Source of the DNA: an uncultured Acidobacteriota bacterium
GTDB taxonomy: Bacteria > Acidobacteriota > Blastocatellia > RBC074
Direction: 5' to 3'
NCBI GenBank assembly: GCA_963743045.1
Contig: CAVUOF010000017.1
Span: 82,595 to 146,594 of the forward strand
DNA: 64,000 nucleotides
The notes beneath the pieces were generated by a model. The model was not told the DNA's origin. It saw only the letters and a program-made list of their open reading frames with translations, and did no database searches. The number at the start of each line of letters is the position of its first letter. Positions within the stretch are counted from its first letter, which is position 1. Shown here piece after piece: positions 18,801 through 29,213 of this stretch. The position numbers and the translations under genes were made by a program.

Positions 18801-20681
18801 ATGAGCATCCTACTGAGGAGCGGGATCCGACAGTTGTGGCTTTTTGTCGTCTGCGTGGCGGCGATGGCAATCCGAGTGCAGGCTACTACCGTCATCATAC
18901 CGAGCGATGACGAATTGATCATTGGCTCGCGCGCTATTGTCAAAGGCCAGGTGACTTCCATCGGGTCAAGCTACGATGCAAATCAAAGAGGCTTCTTCAC
19001 CTATGTCACGCTTCGCGTCACCGAAGTCCTCAAGGGCCAGATCACCACGCGCGAAGTGGTCCTCAAAGAGCCCGGTGGCATTGCCGGCGGCTTCGGCAGC
19101 ATGTTCTTCGGAGTTCCCCAATTCACCGTCGACGAACAGGTCCTCCTCTACCTCGACACCTGGCAGGATGGGAGCCTTCGTGTCTACCAATGGTTCATGG
19201 GCAAGTTCGCCATCTCGAGCGATGCGAGCTCAGGTCAGATGATAACTTCCCGAGCCCCTGCCGAGGGCGGTGTCAGCGTGCTTGGACGATCAGCGGCTGG
19301 CCCCTCGACAGATCGCATGGAGATCGGAGCCTATACCACGATGATTCGCGAGCATATTGCCGCCACTCGCGAGCGAGGCGATGAGCACGAAGCGCGCAAT
19401 TTCCGTGGCATCGGCCTACGCTCAATGCCGACCGAGCTCAGCGTCCCAGGAAAGACGCCGCTCGAAAACTTCGTCCTCTTGAATCCTTCGCAACCGCCAC
19501 GATGGTTCGAGCCGGACTCGAATCAGCCGGTCACCTTCAACATCAACTTCGCTGGCGCCTTCACGTCCTCAATGTCGAGTGACGTGGCAGCAGCGATGGC
19601 TGCGTGGTCGAACGTATCAGGTGCGTCGCTGCGGCTTCAGAGCGGCGGATCGACATCCTCCTGCGGGCTCAAGAGCGACAGCGTCAATGCAATATCCTTC
19701 AATAATTGTGATGGATACTTCCCTGCTCCCTCGGGATGTTCGGGACTTCTCGGTGTGGGAGGCATCACGCTCTATACGCTCTCGCCCTCCTTATCAAAAG
19801 TGGTCAACGGCACACTCTTCTACCGAGCCCTGGAAGGTGACGTATCTCTCAATCCGGGCGCTGCATGTTACCTGAGCGAGCCCTGTCAGCTGCAGGAAGT
19901 GCTCACGCACGAGCTTGGGCACGCGGTTGGTCTCGGCCATTCCGATGACCAGACAGCCACCATGAATGCATTCGCCCACTTTGACGGTCGGTGTGCGAGC
20001 CTCGGGGTGGACGATGCAAATGCGATCAGATTCATCTATCCAGGAGGCGCCACTCCCCCGCCCGCTACTGGCACCGGCACGATTACGGCTACGCCAAATC
20101 CGATTCAGGTCTGCGACGGCTCGAATCTCGGCGTCGCGACAATCAACTGGTCGGCGACCGGAGCTTCACGGACAGAGGTTCACATTGGATCGCCCTCCGG
20201 GCCTTTATTCGCGAGCGGCATGTCGAGCGGGAGCCAGACGACAGGAAAATGGGTGACCAATGGGACTGTCTTCTATCTGCAGAATGTCACGAATGGCCTT
20301 CCGCTCACTTCGGGCAATACCATTGCTACGGTGACAGCCACCGTCAATGCCAACGGATGCGGGCTGATCCCGATTTCCGCGACACCCAACCCGATCACGG
20401 TCTGCAATGGGAGCAAATTTGGAGCGACCACGATCACCTGGTCGGCTGCCGGCAATCAACTGGTGGAGGTCCTGGCGGGTGGAGCGCTCTTCGCACGAGC
20501 GGGTGGCAGTGGCAGTAAGGCCACGGGCGCCTGGGTCAGCAACGGTCTTGTCTTCTCACTAAGAGACATGGCCAGCGGCAGCACGCTTGGGAGTGTCACC
20601 GTAAATCTCATAAATGGCGGCTGCCTCTCAATTCCTCCGGCTGCAACGCGCGCCGGCCCTCACACCCGAACCCAAAGGTAG
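18801..20681 (+). CDS. Secreted metzincin (matrixin/M10-like) zinc protease with two tandem ~95-aa C-terminal repeat domains
   Basis: Signal peptide, then an HELGHAVGLGHSDD zinc-binding motif. The C-terminus carries two related modules: TATPNPIQVCDGSNLGVATINWSATG... and SATPNPITVCNGSKFGATTITWSAAG... Confidence 0.75.
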   Translation: MSILLRSGIRQLWLFVVCVAAMAIRVQATTVIIPSDDELIIGSRAIVKGQVTSIGSSYDANQRGFFTYVTLRVTEVLKGQITTREVVLKEPGGIAGGFGSMFFGVPQFTVDEQVLLYLDTWQDGSLRVYQWFMGKFAISSDASSGQMITSRAPAEGGVSVLGRSAAGPSTDRMEIGAYTTMIREHIAATRERGDEHEARNFRGIGLRSMPTELSVPGKTPLENFVLLNPSQPPRWFEPDSNQPVTFNINFAGAFTSSMSSDVAAAMAAWSNVSGASLRLQSGGSTSSCGLKSDSVNAISFNNCDGYFPAPSGCSGLLGVGGITLYTLSPSLSKVVNGTLFYRALEGDVSLNPGAACYLSEPCQLQEVLTHELGHAVGLGHSDDQTATMNAFAHFDGRCASLGVDDANAIRFIYPGGATPPPATGTGTITATPNPIQVCDGSNLGVATINWSATGASRTEVHIGSPSGPLFASGMSSGSQTTGKWVTNGTVFYLQNVTNGLPLTSGNTIATVTATVNANGCGLIPISATPNPITVCNGSKFGATTITWSAAGNQLVEVLAGGALFARAGGSGSKATGAWVSNGLVFSLRDMASGSTLGSVTVNLINGGCLSIPPAATRAGPHTRTQR

Positions 20682-20692
20682 TTTCGGAAACA

Positions 20693-22216
20693 ATGAGAGT
20701 CGCTCAGACATTGACACGAGCCGGTCCAAAAGCAGAAATTGCCCTCATGCATGCAGAGAATCCACTCCTTGCCCGCCTTCCGGCACACGAGAGCCGGCTG
20801 GACGCTGCTTTCCGGCTCAGCGTATTGGTACCTGTTTATAACGAGCGCCATGTGGTGGAGGCGAGTCTTAGACGCGTTCTCTCTCTGCAGAGCGAACTGA
20901 TCAGCGAACTCGAGTTGATCGTCGTGGACGATCGCAGTTCTGATGGCTCGTGGGAGATACTCCAGCAGCTTTCTTCACTGGACGATCGCATCAACCTGGT
21001 CCGCCATGACAAGAACCGTGGAAAGGGTGCGGCCATCAGAACGGCAGTTGAGCACGCCACCGGCGATATCTGCATTGTTCACGACGCGGACCTGGAGTAC
21101 TGCCCGGACGACATCCCTTCGCTTCTGGTTCCCTTCGCAAGAGAGGGTGCGGATGCCGTTCTTGGTTCGCGTTACCTCTCCGCTCCATATCGACGGGTCC
21201 TCATGCACCGTCACACGACGATCAATCGCATGCTGACTGCGGCGGGCAGTTGGCTCACGGACCTCAGTCTTACGGATCTCGAAACCTGTTACAAAGCGAT
21301 CAATGCGACGCTTCTGAAGTCTATTCCGCTTCGCAGTGATGACTTCCGATTCGAGGTCGAGATCATCTTCAAGCTCGCCAAGCGGCGGGCGCGAATATTC
21401 GAAGTGCCGATCCGCTATCTGCCGCGGACGCAGGAAGAAGGAAAGAAGATCAGGCCGCGGGACGGCATCCTTGCGCTTCTGGCAATGCTTCGTTTCTGGG
21501 TGATTGACGACCTGTATCACAAGGATGCTTATGGTTCGCACATTCTTGCGGAGCTCGAGCGAGCGCGTCAATTCAATCTCTGGATGGGCCACACGCTTCG
21601 ACCGTTCCTCGGTAATCGAGTTCTGGAACTGGGCGCAGGAATTGGAACGCTGACAAGTCAGTTCATCCCGCGCGAGCTCTACGTCGCGTCCGACATCAAC
21701 CCACACTACCTCCAATACCTGCATTCCTACTCATTTGGAAAACCGTACCTCAGGATCAAGAAGATCGACGCCAGCTGCGCAGAGGACTTTGAAGGGTTGG
21801 AGGAGCAGTTTGACACCGGCCTGATGATCAACGTGCTGGAACACGTTCCTGATGAACAACAGGCCCTCCGCCTTCTGAGGTCAACCTTGCAACCAGGCGG
21901 CAGGGCCATCATCCTCGTCCCTCAACATCCCGGCATTTACGGAACTCTCGACCGGGCCCTCGATCACCGTGAGCGGTACACCTCGGCACAGCTCGAAGAG
22001 TCGTTGAGAAGAGCCGGGTTCCGAGTTGAGAAGGTTCTTGATTTCAATCGTTTTTCAGTGCCTGGCTGGTGGCTGAACGGCAAGGTGCTCAAGCGGAACA
22101 CATTCTCGCGAGTTCAGATCAAGACTGTCAATACATTGATTCCTCTTCTCAAGAGGATAGATCATATATGGCCGTGGTCCGGTTTGAGCCTGATCGGGGT
22201 CGGCGTCAGAGACTGA
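20693..22216 (+). CDS. Bifunctional family-2 glycosyltransferase / class I SAM-dependent methyltransferase
   Basis: The N-half is GT2 (LSVLVPVYNERHVVE..LIVVDDRSSDGS..NRGKGAAI..VHDADLEY). The C-half is a methyltransferase (VLELGAGIGTLT..MINVLEHVPDE..LQPGGRAIILVP). An alternative start is MHAENPLL at 20747. Confidence 0.85.
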   Translation: MRVAQTLTRAGPKAEIALMHAENPLLARLPAHESRLDAAFRLSVLVPVYNERHVVEASLRRVLSLQSELISELELIVVDDRSSDGSWEILQQLSSLDDRINLVRHDKNRGKGAAIRTAVEHATGDICIVHDADLEYCPDDIPSLLVPFAREGADAVLGSRYLSAPYRRVLMHRHTTINRMLTAAGSWLTDLSLTDLETCYKAINATLLKSIPLRSDDFRFEVEIIFKLAKRRARIFEVPIRYLPRTQEEGKKIRPRDGILALLAMLRFWVIDDLYHKDAYGSHILAELERARQFNLWMGHTLRPFLGNRVLELGAGIGTLTSQFIPRELYVASDINPHYLQYLHSYSFGKPYLRIKKIDASCAEDFEGLEEQFDTGLMINVLEHVPDEQQALRLLRSTLQPGGRAIILVPQHPGIYGTLDRALDHRERYTSAQLEESLRRAGFRVEKVLDFNRFSVPGWWLNGKVLKRNTFSRVQIKTVNTLIPLLKRIDHIWPWSGLSLIGVGVRD

Positions 22217-22234
22217 ATGAAGTACCCATCTGGT

Positions 22235-22435
22235 TGCCGCGCCAAAGGCGCGACCTTGAAGAGCCCGGGCGAAGCCCTGGGTATGCGTCACTAAACCGCA
22301 CGCAGCCCCATCGGGCGGCGTTTCGCCAATATCCAACTTATCCTGGGAATGCCACCCCGTTGGGGCTGCGCCTGGCGTCGGCGGTCAACCCGGGGCTTCG
22401 CCCCGGGCTTCTTCAGGTCGCGCCTTTGGCGCGAC
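22235..22435. mobile_element. Repeat family A, full inverted doublet (REPIN/MITE-like, about 200 bp)
   Basis: The left arm ccgcgccaaaggcgcgaccttgaagagcccgggcgaagccctggg faces the right arm cccggggcttcgccccgggcttcttcaggtcgcgcctttggcgcgac. There is an internal second inverted pair, gcagccccatcggg / ccccgttggggctgc. Confidence 0.75.
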
Positions 22436-22473
22436 AAACCACATTGATTCCTCTTCTCAAATGGAAGTGCCGC

Positions 22474-22570
22474 CGCGCCAAGGGCGCGACCTTGAATAGC
22501 CCAGGGCGAAGCCCTGGGTACCGTCCCCACACCGCAAACAGCCCCATCGGGGCGACCTTTCGCCATTGAC
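22474..22570 (+). repeat. Repeat family A, left arm plus internal segment only (half element)
   Basis: ccgcgccaagggcgcgaccttgaatagcccagggcgaagccctgggta followed by ..cagccccatcggggcgacctttcgccattgac. This matches the left halves of the elements at 22235 and 43231. Confidence 0.7.
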
Positions 22571-22617
22571 GCCTGGCGGCGGTGATCACGGCTTGCCGCG
22601 GCCATTGTCGCCAGCCT

Positions 22618-24930
22618 TCAAGTGGGCTGGGCCATGGCGGGATTCCCTCGCTCAATCATGTGCTCTTCGAGTTCCAGCGGGGCCGAACCATGCGGCACCC
22701 ACGCCATCTGCCACTTCGCCTCGAACCGGCGTCGGTTCTCGTCAAAGACCGACTTGTAAATCCCCTCCTCAATGAGCTTCGAGAATGATGCCTGCCCGAA
22801 ATGATGGACGAAGACGTCTGCCGCACAGATTACGCGATAGCCCTTGCCTCGCACCCTGAGCGAATAGTCATCGTCCTCGAACATTCCGACTCCATACTGC
22901 TCATCAAGTGGACCAATCTCTTCAAAGAGATCCCTGCGCATGGCGACACAGAACATCGCAAGCATCCTGATGTCTGCAACCTGCCGCTCGTGAGAGAAAC
23001 ACTGCTGCCGGGCAAACGTCTCCATCTCGCGCCAGCTCCGGTAGGTCACGTTGATCATGGCCTCGTTACCAATCTTGTTGGTCACAGGGCCGACGAGGCC
23101 CACCTCCGGGTCCTCGAGATGCCTGACCAGCCGGTTCAACCATCCTGGCGGCACGATCGTATCGTTGTTAAGCAGAACAAGGTGCTCACCCGTAGATACG
23201 GCGATACCCTGATTGTTGGCCTTTGAGAATCCGCGGTTCTCCTGATTGATTATGATCCTGAGCCGTTCCTGCTGCTGAGCCGCAAGCCTGAGATACTCAG
23301 GCGTCCCATCCGTCGAGTTATTGTCGACCACAATCACTTCGTAATTCAGATGCTCAGTATTCCGAAAGACACTCTCCAGACAGAGCCTGGTAAGCGCGAG
23401 ATTGTTGTAGGTGACCACGATGACACTTGCCCGCGGTGTGACTTCTTTGAGCGACGCCCTGATCGATCGATACCGATCCCCCCAGCTGTTCACCTCGGCA
23501 AGCGCTATGCGTTGCTCGACCATGGTGGGATTGTTCTCTTTGACCGCCCGGTCCAACGCTGTGACAAAATCACGGCTGTCGTGCGCGACATAGATCAGGT
23601 CGTGGTAAGGCGCCAGCTCGGGCAATCCGACGGCCACTACAGGCTTGCCCGCAGACAGGTATTCATAGAGCTTGACCGGGTCCGTAGACTCGGTCACCGG
23701 ACTGATCTTGAATGGGATTGTACAGACGTCAAAATGGTAGAGATACTGCGGAATGCTCTCATATGTACGTTCGCCCAGCAGCTGGACGTTTGGAAGAGCT
23801 CTCAGCGACGAGACATCGATTTCAAAGACGCCGCCGACCAGGACAAAATTGTATTGAGGCCGTTGACGGGCTGCGCTCGCGACAAGCTCCACGTCGAACC
23901 ATTCGGCGATCGCTCCGTAATATCCGATCACCGGGTGCTTCATTCCAGCAATTATCCGGTTGGGCACACAGCGCGATTTGAAGAATTCAAAATCGGAGCC
24001 ATTCCTGGCAAGGACCATGGGTCGCTTGTACGGCTCCCACCGCTGATACAGCCGGTTGGCCGTGGTTACCAGCAGATCGCACTCGCTGACCAGCCGGCGC
24101 TCCATATCAAGGATCGGCTTCTTGATGAGTGGCATATCTGCCCAGTCGTCCATCGAGTCGTAAACCAGCTGCCATCCCCAGCGCTCTCGTGCTGCGAGCC
24201 CCACCGGCCCCCAGCTGGCAAACATTGTATATATGACCGCATTCTCGATGCCCTGGATATGACGGAGCTCGTCCAATGAATCAATTAGCGTCTCCGCCTC
24301 TTCACTCGAAATCACATCCTCGAATATCTGCGGCCGCCGGTGGAGGGCAAGCGAAACGTTGAAGACGTTCTTCTTGATAGTTCTGACCAGAACCTTCTGC
24401 GGGCCATCTGGTGACTGAAACTCCGTGCAGCTGATGTAGAAGACGCGATGCCCGGCGAGAGCAAACTGGGACATCATCTGCTGCGGCCGTTGATATCGAA
24501 AATGCCAGTCGAAAAGGGAGAAACAGATGATATCCGGCAGGCGGGCGCCGGCCTGAGTGCTCTCGCGCGCGAGAATCGCATCGCTCTCCGCACCGGGCAG
24601 GACGGGCCGAATGGTCAAAGACTCGAAGAAGTCGTCCCTATCCGCTTCGGTGACTGGATTGTCATCACAGCACCACCGAGCTTTAAGATTTCTCGGCCCT
24701 GCGCCTCGCGCAAGCGGCTTGAACATCTGCCACGCTCGCAACTGCAGACCCTCCGGGAGCACCACACGAAGCGTCTGCTTGATCAGCCGCCGGGTTGTCC
24801 AATAGAGGCGTCTTCGCTCGAGCCATCCCGTTGTATCGGATGAAACATTGACGAAGGTCGTCAGGGACCAGCAGAGAAGGCAACGCGCCTGGTATGACAC
24901 CCATGGTCTCGGACTGGAAAGGCTTGCCAT
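22618..24930 (-). CDS. Two-domain glycosyltransferase: N-terminal GT-B (GT4/TuaH-like) plus C-terminal GT2
   Basis: 770-aa intact ORF. The N-half has ..ICFSLFDWHFRYQRPQQMMSQFA..GYYGAIAEWFDVELV..DPVKLYEYLSAGKPVV. The C-half has SVIVVTYNNLALTRLCLESV..VIVVDNNSTDGT..NRGFSKANNQG..LLNNDT. Confidence 0.85.
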   Translation of the reverse strand: MASLSSPRPWVSYQARCLLCWSLTTFVNVSSDTTGWLERRRLYWTTRRLIKQTLRVVLPEGLQLRAWQMFKPLARGAGPRNLKARWCCDDNPVTEADRDDFFESLTIRPVLPGAESDAILARESTQAGARLPDIICFSLFDWHFRYQRPQQMMSQFALAGHRVFYISCTEFQSPDGPQKVLVRTIKKNVFNVSLALHRRPQIFEDVISSEEAETLIDSLDELRHIQGIENAVIYTMFASWGPVGLAARERWGWQLVYDSMDDWADMPLIKKPILDMERRLVSECDLLVTTANRLYQRWEPYKRPMVLARNGSDFEFFKSRCVPNRIIAGMKHPVIGYYGAIAEWFDVELVASAARQRPQYNFVLVGGVFEIDVSSLRALPNVQLLGERTYESIPQYLYHFDVCTIPFKISPVTESTDPVKLYEYLSAGKPVVAVGLPELAPYHDLIYVAHDSRDFVTALDRAVKENNPTMVEQRIALAEVNSWGDRYRSIRASLKEVTPRASVIVVTYNNLALTRLCLESVFRNTEHLNYEVIVVDNNSTDGTPEYLRLAAQQQERLRIIINQENRGFSKANNQGIAVSTGEHLVLLNNDTIVPPGWLNRLVRHLEDPEVGLVGPVTNKIGNEAMINVTYRSWREMETFARQQCFSHERQVADIRMLAMFCVAMRRDLFEEIGPLDEQYGVGMFEDDDYSLRVRGKGYRVICAADVFVHHFGQASFSKLIEEGIYKSVFDENRRRFEAKWQMAWVPHGSAPLELEEHMIERGNPAMAQPT

Positions 24931-25277
24931 CTTCTGCGACTACTCCTCCCGCAAGACTACTCGAACAGCTTCATGGAATATGACCATATGGCCTTCAAAC
25001 TCACCGAAACCGTTGATCGGCTAATCCGAAGCCGACTCAAAGAATCCACTCGCCAGATCAGGTCACTCTAGCTACACTGGCTGAGGTTCGCTTACAGGGA
25101 TTTACATTGGGGCGTGAGGCGGGCCCAGATGCGAACTCCAGAAACACTCCAAAAAGGATCACAAATATTGCTGATTCGGTCAAGCATTTGTTCGAGGATC
25201 GACTCAACTTCCTCTACGCGCCGCGACTAATGCCGCCGGACAGCCAGTCAGGCACCGTTGCCTGAGTCCCATAAACA

Positions 25278-27807
25278 TTGAAGCTATTGGTCTTCACACT
25301 CGAGCATTACCTCGTCGTCGGGATTATTGGACTCGTTGCCTGGCTGATGGGCCGTAGTCTTACCCAGCGCCTGACCTTTGATTCCTCCCTCGAAGGATTC
25401 TCTTTTTCGCTTAGCCTTGGATTCGGGTGCCTGGCATACATTATTCTGCTTCTTGGCCTGCTGAAGATTCTTTACCTGCCAGTCGTAGTTATCAGCATTC
25501 TGATCGCCCTGGTCATTCTCTACGTTGCCGGAAGCGGTGGTTTGCGGGCTGCTCGAGCCCAGGCTCTTGTGTTGAAAGCCGGAATTGCCGGACGGATCGG
25601 CCCGGCATTGGCGTGGGCGGGTGTGATTGCCGTTCTCTTCCTCTCTCTCCCGATATTTGTCATTCCGCTCTTTTCGCCCAGGCGATGGCTCGCAGGCTTC
25701 CAGCGCCGTCTCAAGCTTACCAATCCTGTTGGCAGCCTCGTGACTCTCGTGGCCATTCTCCTTCTGGTAGTGCTTCTTGTTCCGCTGCTCCTCCTGCCTT
25801 TGTATCCGCCTTCCTATTGGGACGACATCTGGTACCACTTGCCATATGCCCGGGCTTATATCGAGCATCACGCCCTTGTGCTAACGCCATATCTCAACTT
25901 TCCAGTCTCACCGCAGACGAATGAGATGCTCTTTGCTCTGGCTCTTCTCTTTCACGATGATCTGATTGCTCAATTGATTGAGTTGTTGCTGCTGGCCAAT
26001 CTCTTTCTGTTGACTGTTGCGGCGGGACGAAGATTCGTGTCCGGTCGTGTCGGATGGTGGGCTGGGGCGATCCTCGTCTCGAATCCGTTGATCATCTGGC
26101 TCGGCGTCTGTGCATATGTTGAGATCTGCACAGCTCTCTTTGTCTCAGCGACGATCTATGCCGCCGGGATCTGGGCGCTCCGGGAACTGGTTGGAGCAGA
26201 AGCAGAACTATAGATGGCTGGTGCTCGCGGGGGGCTTTTGCGGTCTGGCCATTGGAACCAAGCTATCCGCTCTTTTCATTCTGGCCTTCGTCGGCCTTCT
26301 ATTGTGTGTCGCCGCCTTCAAACATCGCCGTTTTGGCCCTCCGTTGATTTTTGGGATGATCGCTTTGGTTGTGGCTCTTCCCTGGCTTGCGAGGAGCTTT
26401 TACTATACAGGCAACCCTGTTTTCCCGCTCGCTCACTCGTGGTTCGGCGGCCCCTGGCTTGCAGGAGTGCTTCACAATCCATTCTGGAAGCCCGACTACG
26501 CCCAGGCCCCGTTCGACAACATGCTTGGGAGATCGGACGAGAAGAGCCTTCGATCACTGCTGATCCTGCCGTGGACGCTGACCTTTGACGATCGTTTTCG
26601 CAATGCTCCGGCCGCAATCTCTCCGCTCTATCTCCTGGCGCTGCCGCTACTGGTCGTAACGGCCATTAAGGCAACAGCAGCGAACATACAAGTAACCCAG
26701 GTAGTCAGGCTGATACTCATCTGCACACTCGCGTTCACTCTCTGCTGGTTCTTCACGATTCAGGACATTCGCTACTATACGGTTGTCATTCCCATGCTCA
26801 GCATTGCAACGGCGGCCGCGATTGATCGCCTGTTGACATGGCTTCTACGAGGGCGCTCCTGGGGTGAGCACGCCCTGGTCTGGGCGATGATCTTCGCGAT
26901 CCTGGCGGCGCCTGCCTGGTTCTATTGTCAGAACCGTTGGGAGATATATGGTCCGATCCCGGTGACGGAAAAGGAGCGCGAGGCATACCTGACTCACCGT
27001 TTGCCGCTTTATCCTGTCTACCGCCACCTCAACCAGCTGGCTGGCGACCGTTATACCGTTTACGCCCTCTTTTCGCCTTTTATGGCATACTTTGCGCGGG
27101 GGCAGTTCATCGGAAACTTCTATGGCCCTGGAAGATATTCACTCATGGTGTCGGGGAGAGAGCGGAAGGGCAGAATCGTCGACGGGCAGACGCTCTACAC
27201 GCGTCTTGGACAATTCGGTGCAGGCTACTTTCTGTTCGACTCCGGCTCTCGCGATGTGGAACTACCCGACGATCCGTTCTTTGACAGTCATTTCAAGCTG
27301 ATCTATGCGCGCGGCAATGGCTTGCTATTCTCGCTTTGCGACCACTCGATGACGACTGCAGTCGGCCCGCAACGCCTCGTCAATCCGCAGTTTGAGGAGC
27401 TCGAAAACGGCCTGCCTCTGGCCTGGTCAATGACCGGGGAACCTGCTGTTGATTCGACAGGTGAGCAGAGCCTGAGCGGCAGCGTTGCTATCAGGGCAAC
27501 GACCAGCGACTGGCTTGAGACCCGCGTTGACTCAATCACCCCAGGCAGCGTCTATCTGCTCTCGGTTCAGGCTCGAGGCGATGGAAAGGCGGAGCCGGGA
27601 GCGTTGACTGTCGAGTGGCACACAAACGACGGGGAGTTGCTGGCATCGGATACGCGCGAGTTGCTCATTGGCAATACATGGAAATCCTGTTGGATATACT
27701 CCTCCGCACCGCCGGAAGCGGTGTCCGCGATCATCAGATGTTCCGGCCGGCTTAATGGCGCAGTCTGGTTTGATAACGCCTCGTTCGCAGAAGTTGTCTA
27801 CGAATAA
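25278..27807 (+). CDS. GT-C fold (family 39 / PMT-ArnT-like) integral-membrane glycosyltransferase with a C-terminal carbohydrate-binding-module-like domain; one frame break near 26178-26184
   Basis: Many TM helices. ORF 25278..26213 (..ATIYAAGIWALR) continues as NWLEQKQNYRWLVLAGGFCGLAIGTKLSALF in ORF 26110..27807. The soluble tail (VNPQFEELENGLPLAWSMTG...GAVWFDNASFAEV) resembles CBM4/9-type jelly rolls. Confidence 0.7.
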
Positions 27808-28908
27808 TGGACAAGCGGCAGCTCGAACGTGAGAAATGGGATCGCTACTATGCCTCTGCCGATGTCACAGCAAGCGACATCGCCGTCGAACAGTTTAGCG
27901 AGGAACTTGCAGCAGTAGTGGCAGAGCTTCTTCCGGCAGGCAGTGCAGTTCTCGAAGCGGGTAGCGGTGGCGGCCACCAAAGCCTCGCCCTCGCCCGCGG
28001 CAGGAAGGTTTCGGTTGACACTGATGGATTTTGCTGCGAACGCAGTAGCTGCGGCGGAGCACTTTTTCGACCATCAGGGAGTGTCGGCAACGTTCGTCGA
28101 GGGCGATGTCTTCGCGCCGGGTGAAGCTGAATTTGACCTCGTCTTCAATGCCGGAGTCCTCGAGCATTACACACTTGGCGAACAGATCGATTTTCTCAAG
28201 GGAATGGCCAGCCGGAGCAAACGGTATGTGCTGGCAATTGTTCCCAATCGATACTGCTATTGGTACTGGATCTGGCGAATGAGGGTTGTGCTACAGGGAG
28301 ACTGGCCTTTCGGCAAGGAGGTTCCCTTGCTCGATCTCTCAGCGGCCTTCGAGGGCGCCGGGCTTCGGTTTATCGGTCAGACTTTTATGGGAGACGGATG
28401 GACTGAGGATTTCATCAACTCCGTCGGGCGGGGCGGAGCGCAGGAGGAACCAGGTGCGATAAACGATGAGCTTCGCAAGCAGATCATCCAGGTTCACCGT
28501 TCCCCTCTCATCCCAAAGTCTCAGAAGTCCTATCTGGTGGCCGCTCTCGGAAGTGTCATTCCGAATGACAATGCCCCTCCAGTCTGGACAAAGCCGCTGT
28601 TGGAACAGGGACAGGAGCTTGCAGAATTGAGTGCGGCTCTTGCAGAGGCGCTTGCATTGACGATAGGTTCCGAAGAAAGGTTGCTCTCGCTTCAGTCGAG
28701 GGTCACCGGGCTCGAATGCGAGGTGGCACGTCTGAAAAGCGAAGCGGAAGCGCAGCGATCTGTGCTCGCCGCACGAGAAGAAGCGCTCAAAACAGCGCTC
28801 TATGATCTTCAGGAGATTCACGGCTCCCGCTATTGGTCGCTCCTCACACTCTATTGGCACGCGATCGCGAGTGGACGAAAGGCTCTAAATCGCGTGCGCG
28901 GCGACTGA
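27807..28908 (+). CDS. Class I SAM-dependent methyltransferase with a C-terminal coiled coil; one frame break near 28005-28011
   Basis: The ATG overlaps the upstream stop (TAATG). VLEAGSGGGHQSLALAR (ORF 27807..28124) continues as AGRFRLTLMDFAANAV...DLVFNAGVLEHY in ORF 27943..28908. The tail ELAELSAALAEALA...RVTGLECEVARLKSEAEAQRSVLAAREEALKTALYDLQEIHGSRYWSLL is heptad-like. Confidence 0.75.
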
Positions 28909-28940
28909 ATGGCATGTCCGTTTATATCGTAGTGGCGGTC

Positions 28941-29160
28941 GGCATCCCGAAGGGATGCAAGAAGGTAGCCAGGGGCAAGCGAAGCGCAGCCCCTGGAACG
29001 CTGGTGGGCGAACCCTTGCGTCCTGAAAGGCCGCGTGATTTCTCGCGATTGACCAATCCGGTTGGGGTTGGCGTCCTCAGGACGCGGTCCTTTCCCGTAC
29101 GATTCCAGGGGCTGCGCTTCGCTTGCCCCTGGCTACCTTCCTGCATCCCTACGGGATGCC
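28941..29160. mobile_element. Repeat family B MITE-like element, copy 1 (about 220 bp, about 57-bp terminal inverted repeats)
   Basis: The left arm ggcatcccgaagggatgcaagaaggtagccaggggcaagcgaagcgcagcccctggaa faces the right arm ttccaggggctgcgcttcgcttgcccctggctaccttcctgcatccctacgggatgcc. The interior is homologous to the copy at 48701. Confidence 0.8.
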
Positions 29161-29213
29161 CGAAGGGTCGGGGACGATTTCGAGACAGCTCCGTCCTTGC
29201 CAGATAAGCGGGC

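Noticed and set aside
22069-22655. ORFs 22069..22569 (+), 22291..22605 (-) and 22413..22655 (-) with peptides such as ..RRAKGATLNSPGRSPGY..
   Set aside because: They are translations of the family A repeat arms in both orientations, which produces mirror-image peptides, and not genes. The same applies to 43325..43600, 53151..53456 and 60570..60761.
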